DNA of 64,000 nt from Lingula anatina (GCA_051362555.1 CM120643.1:8494001-8558000); one strand, 5' to 3'; numbered from the stretch's first letter, positions 48,972-62,495 are shown. Made by a program: numbers and translations. The notes: generated by a model from the letters alone, not told the origin.

Positions 48972-51900
48972 ATGGCTCATAAGGAGAAGAAAATCGCTGA
49001 AGCTCTTGATCACATAAAAGCAGCTGAAAAATAGTGAGTTGATGTTGTTTGATTGTATTTTTATGTAAGATATAATACTGAACCTATTCCTTATATGAAT
49101 GTAAAGTAATATTCTCCTATTCACTGCTTAAACGCAAAACGTTTTATGGCCTTGGGTCCTGGTATTTTAAATGCATAAAGGCAAAGGGTCGATACATATA
49201 CAGGTATATTGGCATTTTCATTCATGAAATATCGAGCCAGCTTTAACTTAAACCGTTACTTGGAATCAAACAAGGGATATACACCGCTTCATTGTCAGTC
49301 AGTCCTTTGGACTCATATCAGTGATGAACGTGATTCTAGGTATCGACCGGTCAAAACATTGCATGTTATTCTCCAACATCATACTATATGCAAGCAATGT
49401 GACGTTGTTAGGTGTATTGGTACACGTATTTCAGACTGATGACCATCACTCTAACACAGCGTCAGCTTATGAAGAGTCTCCCCACCCTTTCTGTTAACCA
49501 TTTACTAGTAACAGTATTTCTCACGTGTAACTGATTTTTCATTCAAAATACAGTGCTAGTATTAGTATTGGGGTGGTTTAAATGATTTGGAATTTATCGT
49601 ACCCTGTAGAACTACGAGTAGTATGCTTATAATACATAAACCATTGCTTCTGGGTACATGTTAATGTTTATTGATTCCTATGTTATTTTTTTCAGTTTGA
49701 AGACTTCTTTCTTCAAGTGGAAGCCAGATTATGACAGCGCTGCAAATGAATACCTTAAGGCGGGTGGGTGCAGCAGTGTGAAACTGTTTATTTTCTATGG
49801 CTTAGAGTTCACCAGATTTAACATGTTGAGACCCAATGCTGAATTTACTCAAACCATTTTAATTAATATTGTTCATATGCAGTAGAAAACATATTGGACT
49901 GTTATTTTAAATGAGAGTGAGATTTACATTTAATAACAGTGTATCCATTGATGTATTAATACAAAAAGATATGTCAGACAGCAAAAGAATCCTCCAGTCT
50001 AAAATATCCATATAAATTTAGAATGTTAATAAAGCTTGCCTTTCTAACTTTAGGTGTTTGCTACAGGAATGCCAAGGAACTGGAAAAAGCTAGGGATATA
50101 TATGTTAAGGCAGCAGAAGTTCAACTTGAAATGAAAGCGTATCCTTGATTGTCCTGTAGAAAATAATCAGGGGTGGATTTAGGCTGTCTTTTGGGTCTTC
50201 CGGAAGAAGGTCAGATTTTCAAGTTAAAATTGATGGGTATCTAATTTCTTTGTTGGAAGATGGTCAAAAATGGAGGATGAATCAACAAAGATAATTTGGA
50301 AGGCTGTCAGAAAATTTCTATGAAATTTCTATGAATTTCTAACAAAATCCAGTATTCACACGTAACAGTACTTGAACAAGTTATACTTAAATGAAAAGTA
50401 TATGCAATGTATATCAAAGAAATAGAAAATGATGGTAAAAATAATTGCATGCATTGCAGTTATAAGTATTTGGCAGGAACCTGTGCTTTATGCCTGTGAA
50501 AAATGTTTGCCTTAAAGTCATAATAACTCTTCGTTTTGGCCAAAAATTGGATTTTCCTGGAAAAAACGGCAATTTTCCCGTACTTACCAATGGCCAACGA
50601 CCCCATTCCTGCATTCATAGTTAATCCAGGGTTTTTTTCCTAAACGTACGTTTTTTTGTTAAAATCTCTTAAGAGATTTTAACTGACGGAGCTCTCTCTG
50701 ACATTGCAAATTCACTGGTGACCTACTTAAAACCGCGGGAAAAGCAGACAACAACAACACAATATAAGATTCATGAGATATATTCGATGTGTCTGTTCAT
50801 ATTGCCATCATCTGCGTCTGTCGTCGCCGTCGTCGCCGTGCACTTTTACCGATTTTAAGTCCTGTGTTTTGCCAGTCTTTTCAATGTAAATTTCAGTTGT
50901 CCCAAATTTGTTGTCCCAAAAATCACTTTTCATTAGATACAGTCAACTGATCATCTTATCACAGATTTGTATTGTTGTTAAGCATCATTTGGACAAATTT
51001 CACTGGAATAGATTTGACAAAATTATTAACGTTTTACTATTTGAAGTCCTTGGATTTGCCAGTCTTTTCAATGTAAATTTCAGTTTTCCCAAATATATTG
51101 TCACAAAAAGACACTTTTCATTTGACACAGTCAACTGATCAGCTTATCACAGATTTTTATTATGTACAGACACAGATGTGTCTGTACATATAGCTGTCAC
51201 CTGCGTCTGTTGTCGCCGTCGCTGTCGCCGTGCACTCAGTGATAACACGATAAGTGGAATACCATTTTACATTTTGTATTCAAATTTACAGAACTGATGA
51301 ATATTCATAATACGCAGGTCAAGTTCGAAAATCAGCATGATCGGGTCACTTTTAGGGCATTTATGCTTTTTTTGCACTTTTTTCAGCATATATGCAGCAC
51401 CGATAACACGATAAGTGAAAAACCATTTTACCTTTTGGCTTGAAAGTTACAGAACTGATGAATATTCATAATACGCAGGTCAAGTTCGAAAATCAGCATG
51501 ATTGGGTCACTTTTAGGGAATTTATACTGTTTTTTCACTTTTTTCTGCATATATGCAGCCCCGATAACACAATAAGTGGAAAACCATTTTACCTTTTGGC
51601 TTGAAACTTACAGAACTGATGAATATTCATAATACGCAGGTTAAGTTCGAAAATCAGTGTGATTGGGTTATTTTTAGTGAATTTAGGCTGTTTTTTAATT
51701 TTTTTCAGCATATATGCAGCACCGATAACACAATAAATGGAAAACCATTAAACCTTTTGGCTTGAAATTTACAGAACTGATGAATATTCAAAATAGGCAG
51801 GTCAAGTTCGAAAATCAGCATGATCGAGCCACTTTTATGGAAGTTAAGCTGTTTTTTCACTTTTTTCAGCATTTTTGCAACACCGATAACATGATAAATG

Positions 51901-54900
51901 AACTGTTTTACCCTTTGGCTTGAAACTTACAGAACTGATAAATATTCATAATACACAAGTCGAGTTCCAAAATCAGCAGGATCGGGCCACTTTTATGGAA
52001 GTTAAGCTGTTTTTTTCCCTTTTTTTTCAGCATACATGCAACACTGATAACACAATATAGGAAAAACAGATAGGCCAATTGTGTGATAATTATGCAGGTA
52101 AATTTTGTTTAATATTGCAAATAAGTTTTGATATATGTATAAATATATATAAAACTCAAAGATTAAAAGTTTGAATAGCAGTTTCATTGGAATTATATTT
52201 ACCTCTGCCAAGGAGGTTATATTTTCACCCCTGTTTGTCTGTCATCAACATAACTCAAATTGGTTATGGACCAATTTTGCTGAAATTTTCAGGAACTGTC
52301 AGAAGTGGGCCAAAGAGGACAATAACCAATAATAATCAACAATTTCTGCCTTGTTAATTTTTTCTCAAACACTGGGCCGGCATTTGTGACTTATAACTTC
52401 CATCCATCTGAGGCTCTGCTTATTTTCTGTATTTCCACATAAGCAGTTGTATTGTTTTTTATGTCTTTAAACATTATGTTATATTATTTTATGCACTGTC
52501 ATCATTTTTCAAATATTGAGACTATCATCATGTGACTTTGGTCTCTCATGGTCCTGAAACTGTAATCTTATTGAAGGGGTGGATTGAGACCATCTTCTGG
52601 GTCTTCCGGAAGTCAGGTTATTAAGTTTATATTGACTGGTATCTATTTTTTTTCTGTTGGAAGACCATCAAAATGGAGGATGGATCAACATAGATACTTT
52701 GGAATACTGTCAGAAAATATCTCTGGATCTGCTCCTGTTATTGACCATGTTACCTGTTGTGCATGATTAAAATTCAGTGTTGACAGACTGTGCTATTATA
52801 AGCATTATTTATTATTGCATCAAAATTGACAAATTGACCTATTTTGCATCTTTTTTTCCTGTTTTTTGTCTGTACATTTGACAGCTTTGCTGCCTTGTTG
52901 TTAAAAAATGCATTTATATCCACAATGTGTGCCATTCTGGGCTTTTCGTTATCCGACGCACTGTACAAAAACTCGCAACTTACGTCTGAGGGTTTCCCGC
53001 CATGTTATTTTGGTCTCGAATGAACGCGAGAATCCGCGTGACACCATTACGTCATTAGCAACGAATGCACTTGTCGACCGGAAAAAAGGGATCGAAAGCC
53101 CTATTGACAAGCACAGATTTTAGTTTTCCTACAATAACGGCCGTTTTAGTGGTAAAATACAATAGAATATATTTCCATGCGTTGTTTACAATGTATTTCA
53201 TGCGGATTTTTGAATCTCAAAGGAAGAGTTATTATTGCTTTAAGTATTGAATGGAAAACAAGCATTATGATTAATGTGTTTAATTTCTTAACTGAAGTTT
53301 TTCAGATTATTCCATGCTGCCAAGTAAGTAAAAATCATATCTTTATATTTGTCTTTTGATGGAGAGAGAAAAACATGAATGGGAAATTATTGTTATGAAA
53401 ATGCGCACTGGTGAATGTAGTTTTTCAGAAATAACAATAATTTACATTTACCAATCTGACTTATTATAGGCATATCCCTGTTTGCAAGAGTTCCCAGTTA
53501 AGATGCTTAGTGATTAAAGGGATAAGAACTGTTCTTTTTTTTTTTTTGCCAAAGAATGGGTTTTGTTGGAGTAAATAACAATTTTCACATACTTATCAAT
53601 GGTTAATGAATCCGTTCCAACAATCAAAGTTAGTCCCTGTTTTTTTTTTTTTTTGGTAATATTCTCTTAATAGATTATTACAGAGGGTAGCCATCTGTGG
53701 AGGTCAAGTGGTCCAATGCCAATTACAAATTTAAAAATAATTATGATAACTGCCGTTTTGTTGGTAAAATAGTATCTATTATATTTTTATGAGTTGTTTA
53801 CAATATATTTATTGTGAAATATGGATCTCATGTGTTAATAGGAACAGTTTTTATCCCTTTAATAACAAATGTACTGTATCTGTTTCAGAGCCTATGAACA
53901 AGCAGGGCTGATTTCCAAGGATATGAACCGACTAGAGGAAGCTGCAAATTTAATGGAAAGAGCTGGAGATATATTCAGGGAAAATGGCGTTCCAGATACG
54001 GCTTCCTTAACATTAGAGAAGGCAGCAAAGTAAGTGTACACATATCATCTTTGTATGAGAGAATTATGTCTTTCTTGTATTCTGTGTAAAGGCAAGATTG
54101 ATTATAGGTTTTTATTGAAAATCCTTGTAAATGCTGCTTCAATTTAATTTTCATTCCTTCCTATTTCTTTGTCTGTTTGTAGTTTTTGATTGCAGGTACC
54201 TTGAAAATTTGTAATTTATTACTTACTTCTGTGCTGTTTTTTATTTCAAGGATGGTTGAAGCCTCAAAGCCAGACAGGGCTATAATGTTATATATGAAGG
54301 CATGTGATGTGGTGGAGGTAAGCTAGAATTTACTTTCACAAGTCATTTTCTGTCACCCTTTTATAGTACATGAGATATTCTGCCCCAACTGTTTTTTCTT
54401 TCTTTAGCAGTTTTGAATTTTAACAAGTGAAAGCAAAACTACAGCCCATTTATTCAAAAGAGAAACATAATTAACATAAGAATTAAGATTGTATTCTTCA
54501 TCTTCTTCTTCTTGTGTATCTGACAAACGGCATGTGTAGCGTATAGATTGCTTTAGATGGATTGAAATAGGATGAAGATTTTTTTGGATAGGGGTGGGGG
54601 GGGGGGGGGATAGGCTTCAAGTTAGATAAATGCTAAAAGTAAGCATGTGCCTCCCTTAAAGAATGGGTGTGTTTTCTTATGATGTGTGTTTTCTCTGGTT
54701 TAGAATGAAGACAGGCCTAAACAGGCAGCAGAAGTCATTAAAAAAGCAGCCAGTTTATTAGTGAGGTGTAAAAGGTTAGTAGGATTGCTTTCTATTGATC
54801 TGTTAGTTTCATATTTTTCTTTCCTCTGTTCTTTATTCTCATGGACAAGTATTAAAATAAATTTCGGGAAATATTTAGATAAAAATTATTTAAAAGTCTA

Positions 54901-56646
54901 AAAATTGATGTAAAATGAATATGATCATGAAAATGTTTTCAATTATGATTTGTGTGGCTGAACTAACAAGAGAAGATGCCATCAGAAAAATGACATTTTC
55001 AAATAAAACTGTTATTCAATCCTCTCCAATTATTGATAAGAAGCTTAAATGAAATGAATTAATCTGATATTGAATTAATCTAAATATGGGAAACTTATGG
55101 GATTTTTTTTTCGGTATTTTATTATGATAATTTTTTGACCAGCTATTCAAGCAAGACGAAATATATAAAAACATGACTTCAGCAGGTGAACTTGATGTTT
55201 TAAAGGTTTGAAGAGGCCTCCAAAGTGTTACAGAGAGAAATAGATCTTAATTCAGAGGTAGAAAACTATCCCACCATATACAAAGCTGTACTAAATTTAG
55301 TCCTGGTACATCTACACAAGGAGGATTACGTGGCTGCTGATAAATCTTATAAAGGTGCTTTCAAGTAAGTCAAATTTGGCCTTGTAAACTTATCTGTAAG
55401 TTGTGAAGTATGTAAGGAAGTTTTTAAATAACTTTTATGTGATGTCTTGGGGAAATTTTTATTATTTTTAAACACAAATTACTCTCATGTGGGAGAGGCC
55501 TAAATCTTTTAACGCAATGAGACTGTTCACAATGAATTTTGTCTACCTAGCCTAAATGCACTAACTCCACAGGGACTCTTTCTGAACGCAATCAGATTTG
55601 CAGACTAACAAGTCTCCTCCTGGCATTGAGTGGAATATAGAAAAGTTGGTGATAATAGGAGTATGTTGGAAACAAGAGGAGGTGTGTAAGTTTGTTAATC
55701 TGATTGCATTCAGTGAGAATCCCCATGGAGTTACCGCGCATTAGCTAGGGTTACAAAACCCATTTGTGAACATTCTCATGTTCTCATACGGGAGTGTCCT
55801 AAAAGTTCAGTGCTTTTCATGAGCTCTACTTTCTGTAGACATTGCCACCACTGAAGGCATTTTGTTCTTTTCCAGTTATCCTGGTTTTGTAGAAAGTGAG
55901 GAAGCCTCGGCCCTGGAGCAGCTTTTGGATGCCTATGACCAGGGCGATAACGATACACTTCGGGCAGTGTGCAATCTCCCTCTATTCAAATACCAGGATA
56001 ACCAGGTAAGTTCCCACTCCCTGAACTTGTTCAGATGAAAACGTGTATGGATTTATACTGATAATAATACAGGGTGTATTGGACCACTAGTGTTTGCCAC
56101 ATATGCTAAACATTTTGAATGCATATTAAAAAAAGGTAGCATTATTTTATATTTGAAGTATGATTGAAAAAAAAAACACTTGAAATTAATATCTTTAAAA
56201 TAAATTAAATTGTATATTTCAGTCACAAAAAACACACTTTATTAATTAAATAACTAGCAGGAAAAGAAACTGTAAAGCATCATTTTACTTTCTCACTGAA
56301 GAAGCATAACTAGATTTTAAGTTTTTTGTTCTTGAGGGTCATTTTTTATCACTGTATAAACAGCAAGATTACCAAATAACTGCACATTATCTGAAAAAAA
56401 AAAACAAAAAAACATTTATTTTTACTTATTCCAGACGTAACCAAAGCTGTTGAAATAATGAGATAAATCAATTTTGTTTTTCAGTTTGCCAAACTAGCAC
56501 GGGACTTGGCCATCCCTGGTGAGCAGAGACGGAAGCCAGAGGCAGTCAGTGGAGCAGATGCTGGCTCAGGGTCAAGTGCCGCACCCCAGGGTGGAGCCGA
56601 GGAGGAGGATGAGGATGAGGATGAATATGCAGGAGGATTGCTCTAA
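48972..56646 (+). CDS. NAPG: Gamma-soluble NSF attachment protein (gamma-SNAP), 320 aa
   Basis: Coding exons 48972-49033, 49696-49763, 50054-50138, 53306-53323, 53889-54029, 54251-54317, 54704-54774, 55206-55364, 55876-56005, 56485-56646. Motifs: AEKYLKTSFFKWKPDYDSAA, LFHAAKAYEQAG, ENGVPDTA, EDEYAGGLL*. Confidence 0.93.
50168..50320. mobile_element. CAGGGG-family MITE (right end degenerate)
   Basis: Similar to 48554-48722. Confidence 0.65.
51162..52899 (+). mobile_element. HINE/DINE-like element with a 161-bp tandem array and nested insertions
   Basis: Same 5' hairpin and 3' end as 27953-30604. Units start at 51241, 51402, 51563, 51724, 51885 and 52046. A nested CAGGGG-family MITE lies at about 52574-52737 and a TTACCTCTGCCAAGGAGGTTAT-type fragment at about 52199. 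Confidence 0.7.
55519..55779. mobile_element. Degenerate palindromic MITE in a NAPG intron
   Basis: GAGACTGTTCACAA...TTGTGAACATTCTC ends; internal GAACGCAATCAGATT pairs with AATCTGATTGCATTC. Confidence 0.55.
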
Positions 56647-56721
56647 CTTTTAAATTAATATATTATCATTTGTAAAGACACATGGCTGTGGAAATTGTGG
56701 TTTTTGAGATGTGTAAACTAT

Positions 56722-56943
56722 GACCCTGTTCCCATACCTAGATCAATCTAGCAGGATTGACCTATCGCTGAGGGGTTTCCTGCTAAATTTCACTCAGCTT
56801 GAGCAGCTCTTATGTCTGGCACACCTACTGAAGCTGTTATGGGTGCCAGACATCTTAGCCACTTAAGCTGAATGCAATTTAGTGAGAAACCCTTCAGGAA
56901 TGGCTCGATCCTGCTAGATCTATCTGGGTATGGAAACGGGGTC
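56722..56943. mobile_element. Palindromic MITE in the probable NAPG 3' UTR
   Basis: Same family as 9263 and 38620; TAT on both flanks. Confidence 0.75.
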
Positions 56944-59900
56944 TATGCCAGTTGTGTAGCAAGTTTTTAACAATAGATTTACTTTAGAAATCAAAGGACA
57001 CTGGTAGTCAGAAATGTGTTGAATAAGCATATACTGTTGTATAGAGATTACTCCAAAGAGAGGCTTTGCCAGGGCATTTCTATTACTCATTAGTACATGA
57101 GTCATTTCAAAGTACATGTATTTTCCTCTTCTCTTCGTACTTTCTTTTACTCTTCTCTTCCTACCAACAGAATCGACAGTGCACTTAAGTGCAATAATTT
57201 ACCCCCTTTGAAACAGGATGAGAAGAGAGGAAAAAGAAAAAAGGAGAAAAGGTAGAGTGGATTGAGAACCTCCGATGACAGCTAGGCCGTAAGCAAGGAG
57301 GGGGGAGGGGGGTCACAGCAACTTCTCTTTAAGCTGGAAAATCCACTCTGAAACAATATTTGATCTTGTAGGTTCATTTCTCAAGTTAGGTCAGCAGAGA
57401 GGGTACAAAGGTTCACCTTAAAGTTTTCAGAACAAGATTCTCCCCTACTGACATTGCTACCTACAGGTAAGAATGGACCTACATGTATAAGTTCTAAACT
57501 ATCCTGCATATACTTCATGATTTAAAGTGCAGTAATGCTAACAGGGTGTAAACCAATTCTGCACTAATGCAAATGACATCAGTTGGCTTTTAGGATCCAA
57601 CAGTTACCAGGCAAGCAGAAGGCCACCTGGATGAGCTGCTGCTGGCACAATAAAAGTGAGTGAAGGGTTAACTATAGCATGAAGAGGGTTGGAGTTCCTC
57701 TACTTTTGGCAAAATTTTTCCTCTTTGTTTGCCAAAGAAAATTGTGAAGTTTCTAGAAAATTTTATACGAAATGTGCAAAATATGGGTTATTTATTTGAG
57801 GTATTTCTTCTCTAGACTAATTATAACTATTCTATGGCCTTATATCTGATAAGGCATGCAAGTATTGATGTCCATATCATTGAATGTTTATATAAGTGTC
57901 TAAAACAGCATTCAGATTCACACATTGCACTAGCTGGAACAGTGCAACTCTTTGGAGAATTCTCACTAAAGTGCAATCAGTGGAATAAGCTTAATTGTCT
58001 GACATGCCTCCTTGAGCAGCTTTAGGGGATAATTACCTGTACTCATGGTGTGCTGATGTAGCTGATTCCACTGAATGCACTTTATCGAGAATCCCCCACA
58101 GAGTTGGACCGACCCAGCTAGTAGGATGTGTGAATGTAAATGCCCCCCTAAGTGTATAATTTGTAATGTTTTATGTCATATGAGGTCAACAAGTGAAGAT
58201 CTGATAAAAAGAAATTATCAGTGGAGATTAATTTCACTATATTCTCTTACCAAAATCCCATTAAGAATGCCCTTTAAATAAGTTAACCATACACTTGGAT
58301 TATGCTCAATAATGAAAGGAGTAATTTTAGTAAATAAAGCTTTTGGTGAGTTTAATTGTGATGGAATATAGGCCTATAAAGATTGAAAAATTATTGAGAA
58401 TTCCAGGAAATTCTTTTTCACAAATACTATTCACTAAATTGAGAGCTTTTATTACTGTTTCATGATGTATGTTAAGTGTGATTTTCTATCAACTGAAAAC
58501 TAATTAACATATTTTATCAGGAAAAAGGTTGCTTGTTTCCATAATATATGTGGTTATGTAATTATTTGAAAACGTTACTTGTAATGTTTATATTTATATA
58601 TATTTCCTTTTGGTAGAGTGAAAATTTTCAAGAGAAATATAATTTTTGTCCCTTGTGCAAATTATTTATTGCATTAGATACATCTGCTATTATTGAATAT
58701 CAAAGAGATCTGAATGAACTTGTAACAAAACAATCTTCATATAGTTAATGTCTGTGAAAAGTTGAGAATAAAGCAAATCTTCAGGCGTGGATCCTTGTTC
58801 TCTTACCACAACAGTGGCGGGTTTAAGGATGGCGGGGTGGAGGGTGGTCACGTCTCTTTACATTAGAATTTTGACTAGCTGAATCATAGTTCTAAACTGT
58901 ACCAAATGGCACCATTTTAAGTCCAAAACGCCAAAATTTATGTGCCCCTCATGGCTAGACGGTAAATGCTCACTGAATCTCAGCTTCAGGATTTGAAGGC
59001 TTATACTTTTTAGTCAAATTGAGCAGGCCCCAGTTTCACAAAAAAAAAACTTACGTCAGTTTCCTGGCTTTGTTGACTAGTATTTCCATGAGAACGCTGT
59101 AACGCTACTCCTAATAGGGTTAAATGTACCCATGTGACCATGTAACCTTGGTAATTAAGTTCTTAGCCAGGGAATCTGACTTAAGTTATTCTTAACTATG
59201 AGTTACGCATATCTTCTCATTATCCGATTTTCTTGCGTAGTGAAATTGACCTTATTATTCACGAACTCTTTTGGGTGAAAACTTAGCCAAAGTAATGACC
59301 ACTGTGTCATTTGAGTTGTTTATCATGAATGTGAATTTGTTGCTGTTGTTTGGATAGGCAAAACGTAAGTTTCCGTTTTATGCCATTTGAAGGGTTCTCA
59401 ACCTCTAGAACTATGGTGTGGCAATATTGAGAATTTTTTTCAGCTGCTGGTGTTTGTTTGCCGTTGACTTCATAAGGCGACCTGTTTGAGTTTCAATGTG
59501 CAAATGTAACTACTGGTTCTAAATCTTTTCAAGAATGTTCGTTTTTTCCCCGTCTTGAATAAAATTAAGTTTAAATAACGTTTTATACTGCATGACCTCA
59601 ACTTGACAATCCTTGAAACCATACTTTGTCATATGTTCTGTGTTATGCAGTTGGCATTGTTCAAAAATTAGACAAAGATGTGAAGCTAACTCTACGAAGT
59701 TTTGAAACGAACAGTAAAAATTACAATACGTGACAACAAATATGGAGATGTTCTCTCAACAAACGCGGCTCAGGTTGAACTAATTATGTAGAGTCGCATT
59801 TCGCACCTGCAACGCATTTTGCAACCAGGAATTGCGGCTGTGCAAAATCCATATTACAAACTATGGCGCCTTTCATTGTCGATGATGAGACTCTTATCAG

Positions 59901-60478
59901 GGCCTTTAAATTTGGTCTGCCAATTGAAAATCGTCAAGCCACCAACCTAAATGATAATTGTTACAAAAAATAGTTGTCATATATGCTTTAAGCATCAATT
60001 CTGTCATAGGGGACATACACTTGTTAATCAGAAGAACAATTGAATTTCATCCAACGCTTTTCAATATAAGTACCAGTATGTGCATGTACTGTATGTAGTT
60101 ACACACTCTTTGGTTGCCTTCTCAAAAATGGTGGATTTACCGACCTAAATAATATTATTGCTCAAATTTCTCACAAGAAATGGTACCAGCGGTATCAGCT
60201 GAGAGGTGGGTCATAACCGTGTCGGACTTGCAAATAGGTCAGTGTCAAAGGTTGAACGGTTATCGTTTAATGAAGCTGACCTTTCTTAACAAGTGTTTAG
60301 CAGAAGAAGAAAAGGAGAACAGGAAGCAAAATTGACGTACGCCGTCAGTACGTCACCACAAACGTGTGAGGCAAGTGCGAAGCAAAACTGACGGAAAAGG
60401 GCACTACTTTAGCCCTTCGTAAGTGGTGAGTGTGTGCCACGTACACAGGACGCAAGACAAACTCAAGAAATGAGTACA

Positions 60479-62495
60479 CGGCTGTTTCACAATCAGGGGT
60501 ACAAAATAGGGGTCACATTGAGAGAAAAATGAACTCTGATGCATTTGTTTAATTTTGTGACAGATAAAAAGAATAACTTCTTAACTATGACATCCAACAT
60601 TTTTAGAAAACAATATTAATTATTTTTTGTGTTACGTTTAAATTAACATACAGCCTCGTAGGCTATGATTTGGGGGTACGGACACTACACATTCAAGCAA
60701 CTGATGCTTTTGTAACTGAAATATCATATTGTTTACCAGTTATTTTTGCCAACATTCTAAAAATATCAAAATAAAGATTTAACAACAATACTTTAACCAA
60801 AATGTTTTTGGAGAAACACCAGAGCGCGTTTTTCAGTGGATGCTGGCGCTTGGTTGTGTGTCATTCAGTTTTCATTCATTCAACAGACTTTAATTTAAAC
60901 ATTCTTTCTGTTGCTTGGTCTTTTTCATTTATTTATTTATTTATTGATTGATTGATTTTTGTGTCAGTCTTGATTCTTGTTTTTTGAGTCTTTTCTTCTT
61001 TTTCATCTCTCGTTAATTTGCACCTCTTGCTCTGCTGTTTTCAGGATTGTTGGGTTTCTGCTTCTCCTTGACTCTCTGTCAGTATGCCCTTATTTCTTCT
61101 CTCATCTTAAGTCTTGCTTGCGGGGCAGCCTTGGATGATTCTTCATTTTTTTTGCTTCTCTGCTATGTTACGTGCATGCAATATCTTTCTTACGTGCTTC
61201 AGCATGACTATAAGCTCTTTGACGTTTTTTTTTTTTTTTTTTTCAAATTATTTTTGCTGACAGTAAAAATTTCAGGTTTCCCTTTTCCTATTTGGCTTTT
61301 GTTCATTGTCATCCATGTTTGATACTTCATCAACTGAGAGTATTATAAATATAATGTAGTGTCCGTACCCCCTCAAAATGTACCATATACATTAATCCAT
61401 AGAATATTAATCCATATACAATTCATTATTTTTCAATAAGCTATATTTGGCAATATTTTGGAAGCAATATTGTTCGTTTTGAATGCAAAGAGTAGCATCT
61501 TTACTGACATTATTTTATTGCAAAATGTCTTGCCTGACTCTTATTAATTAGTATCACTTTATCGAATATACATTTATATACAAGGTTTTTTCTAAACATC
61601 ATAGGACATGAATGCATTTTATACAATCTAGAACAATATTTTGTACCATATTTTGAAGTTTTATCATCATTGATAAGTAGCCAGTTATCCAATAGTTAAT
61701 GTATAGCTTGGGGGTACGGACACTACAGTAGGGACACTACATTTGGCACCAAATTCTTGCACATCTTTTCATAATAAGGGGTAATGTGCTATTTTCTTCC
61801 TGAAAAATAAATGTCAGTGTGGACATACATAAAAAAAATAAAATCAGACAGAATATGCTGTGATTCCTAAATAAAACAGATAGGGGGGTACGGACACTAC
61901 AAAAATTAGGAGACACCAAGGGGCTCATGATTATAAATACCATAGCATTATTAATAATGGTTACATATGCACAACTCCTTTATTAAGTTTAAGTCATAAC
62001 ATGGTAAATTCATCTTATTATCACATAGGTGATTTCAAAGTAATATTTGGCCTTATCAAGTATGTTTTTCATTGCATTAACAAAAATAAGTAAAATGTGT
62101 ACAAAAGCCTGTTTCAGCAAAATGGTTAAAATAATATTTTCTAAGATCATTTCTTTGGAAGAACCTGCTAGAAGAGAAAACATATGTTGTGGGAATTATA
62201 TACCAATATCATATTCACCATAAATCATTGACATAAAGAGCTAGTGCATCATATTTATGACCTTAATTGCAAATGGCCCATCGTAACAGCTAAAAATAGG
62301 TACTTTTTGAACACATAATTGGCTATATTTTTGTAAATTGTAGTCCGATTATTATAATTCTTTTTATTATTTTGCTCATATGGACAGTGTCTTTGATATC
62401 AGTCTATCAGCAATCTCTTATCGTAAATTGCTAATTTATCAGACACTTGTAACATTAACCAGATTTAATTGTTCACCCTGATTGTGAAACAGCCG
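60479..62495. mobile_element. 2.0-kb non-autonomous DNA transposon with 20-bp TIRs and internal GGGGTACGGACACTACA repeats
   Basis: CGGCTGTTTCACAATCAGGG pairs with CCCTGATTGTGAAACAGCCG; ACA on both flanks. The motif occurs at about 60673, 61356 (inverted), 61711 and 61885. Confidence 0.7.

Larger units (their letters stand above)
50139..53305 (+). other. U12-type (minor spliceosome) GT-AG intron of NAPG
   Basis: Donor GTATCCTTG; branch site TTCTTAACT (53285-53293) about 10 nt before the CAG acceptor. Confidence 0.85.

Noticed and set aside
52904-53200. CpG-rich island inside the NAPG U12 intron (possible promoter or ncRNA)
   Set aside because: No tRNA/snoRNA hallmarks or definable termini; probably a TE fragment, but this cannot be supported from the sequence.
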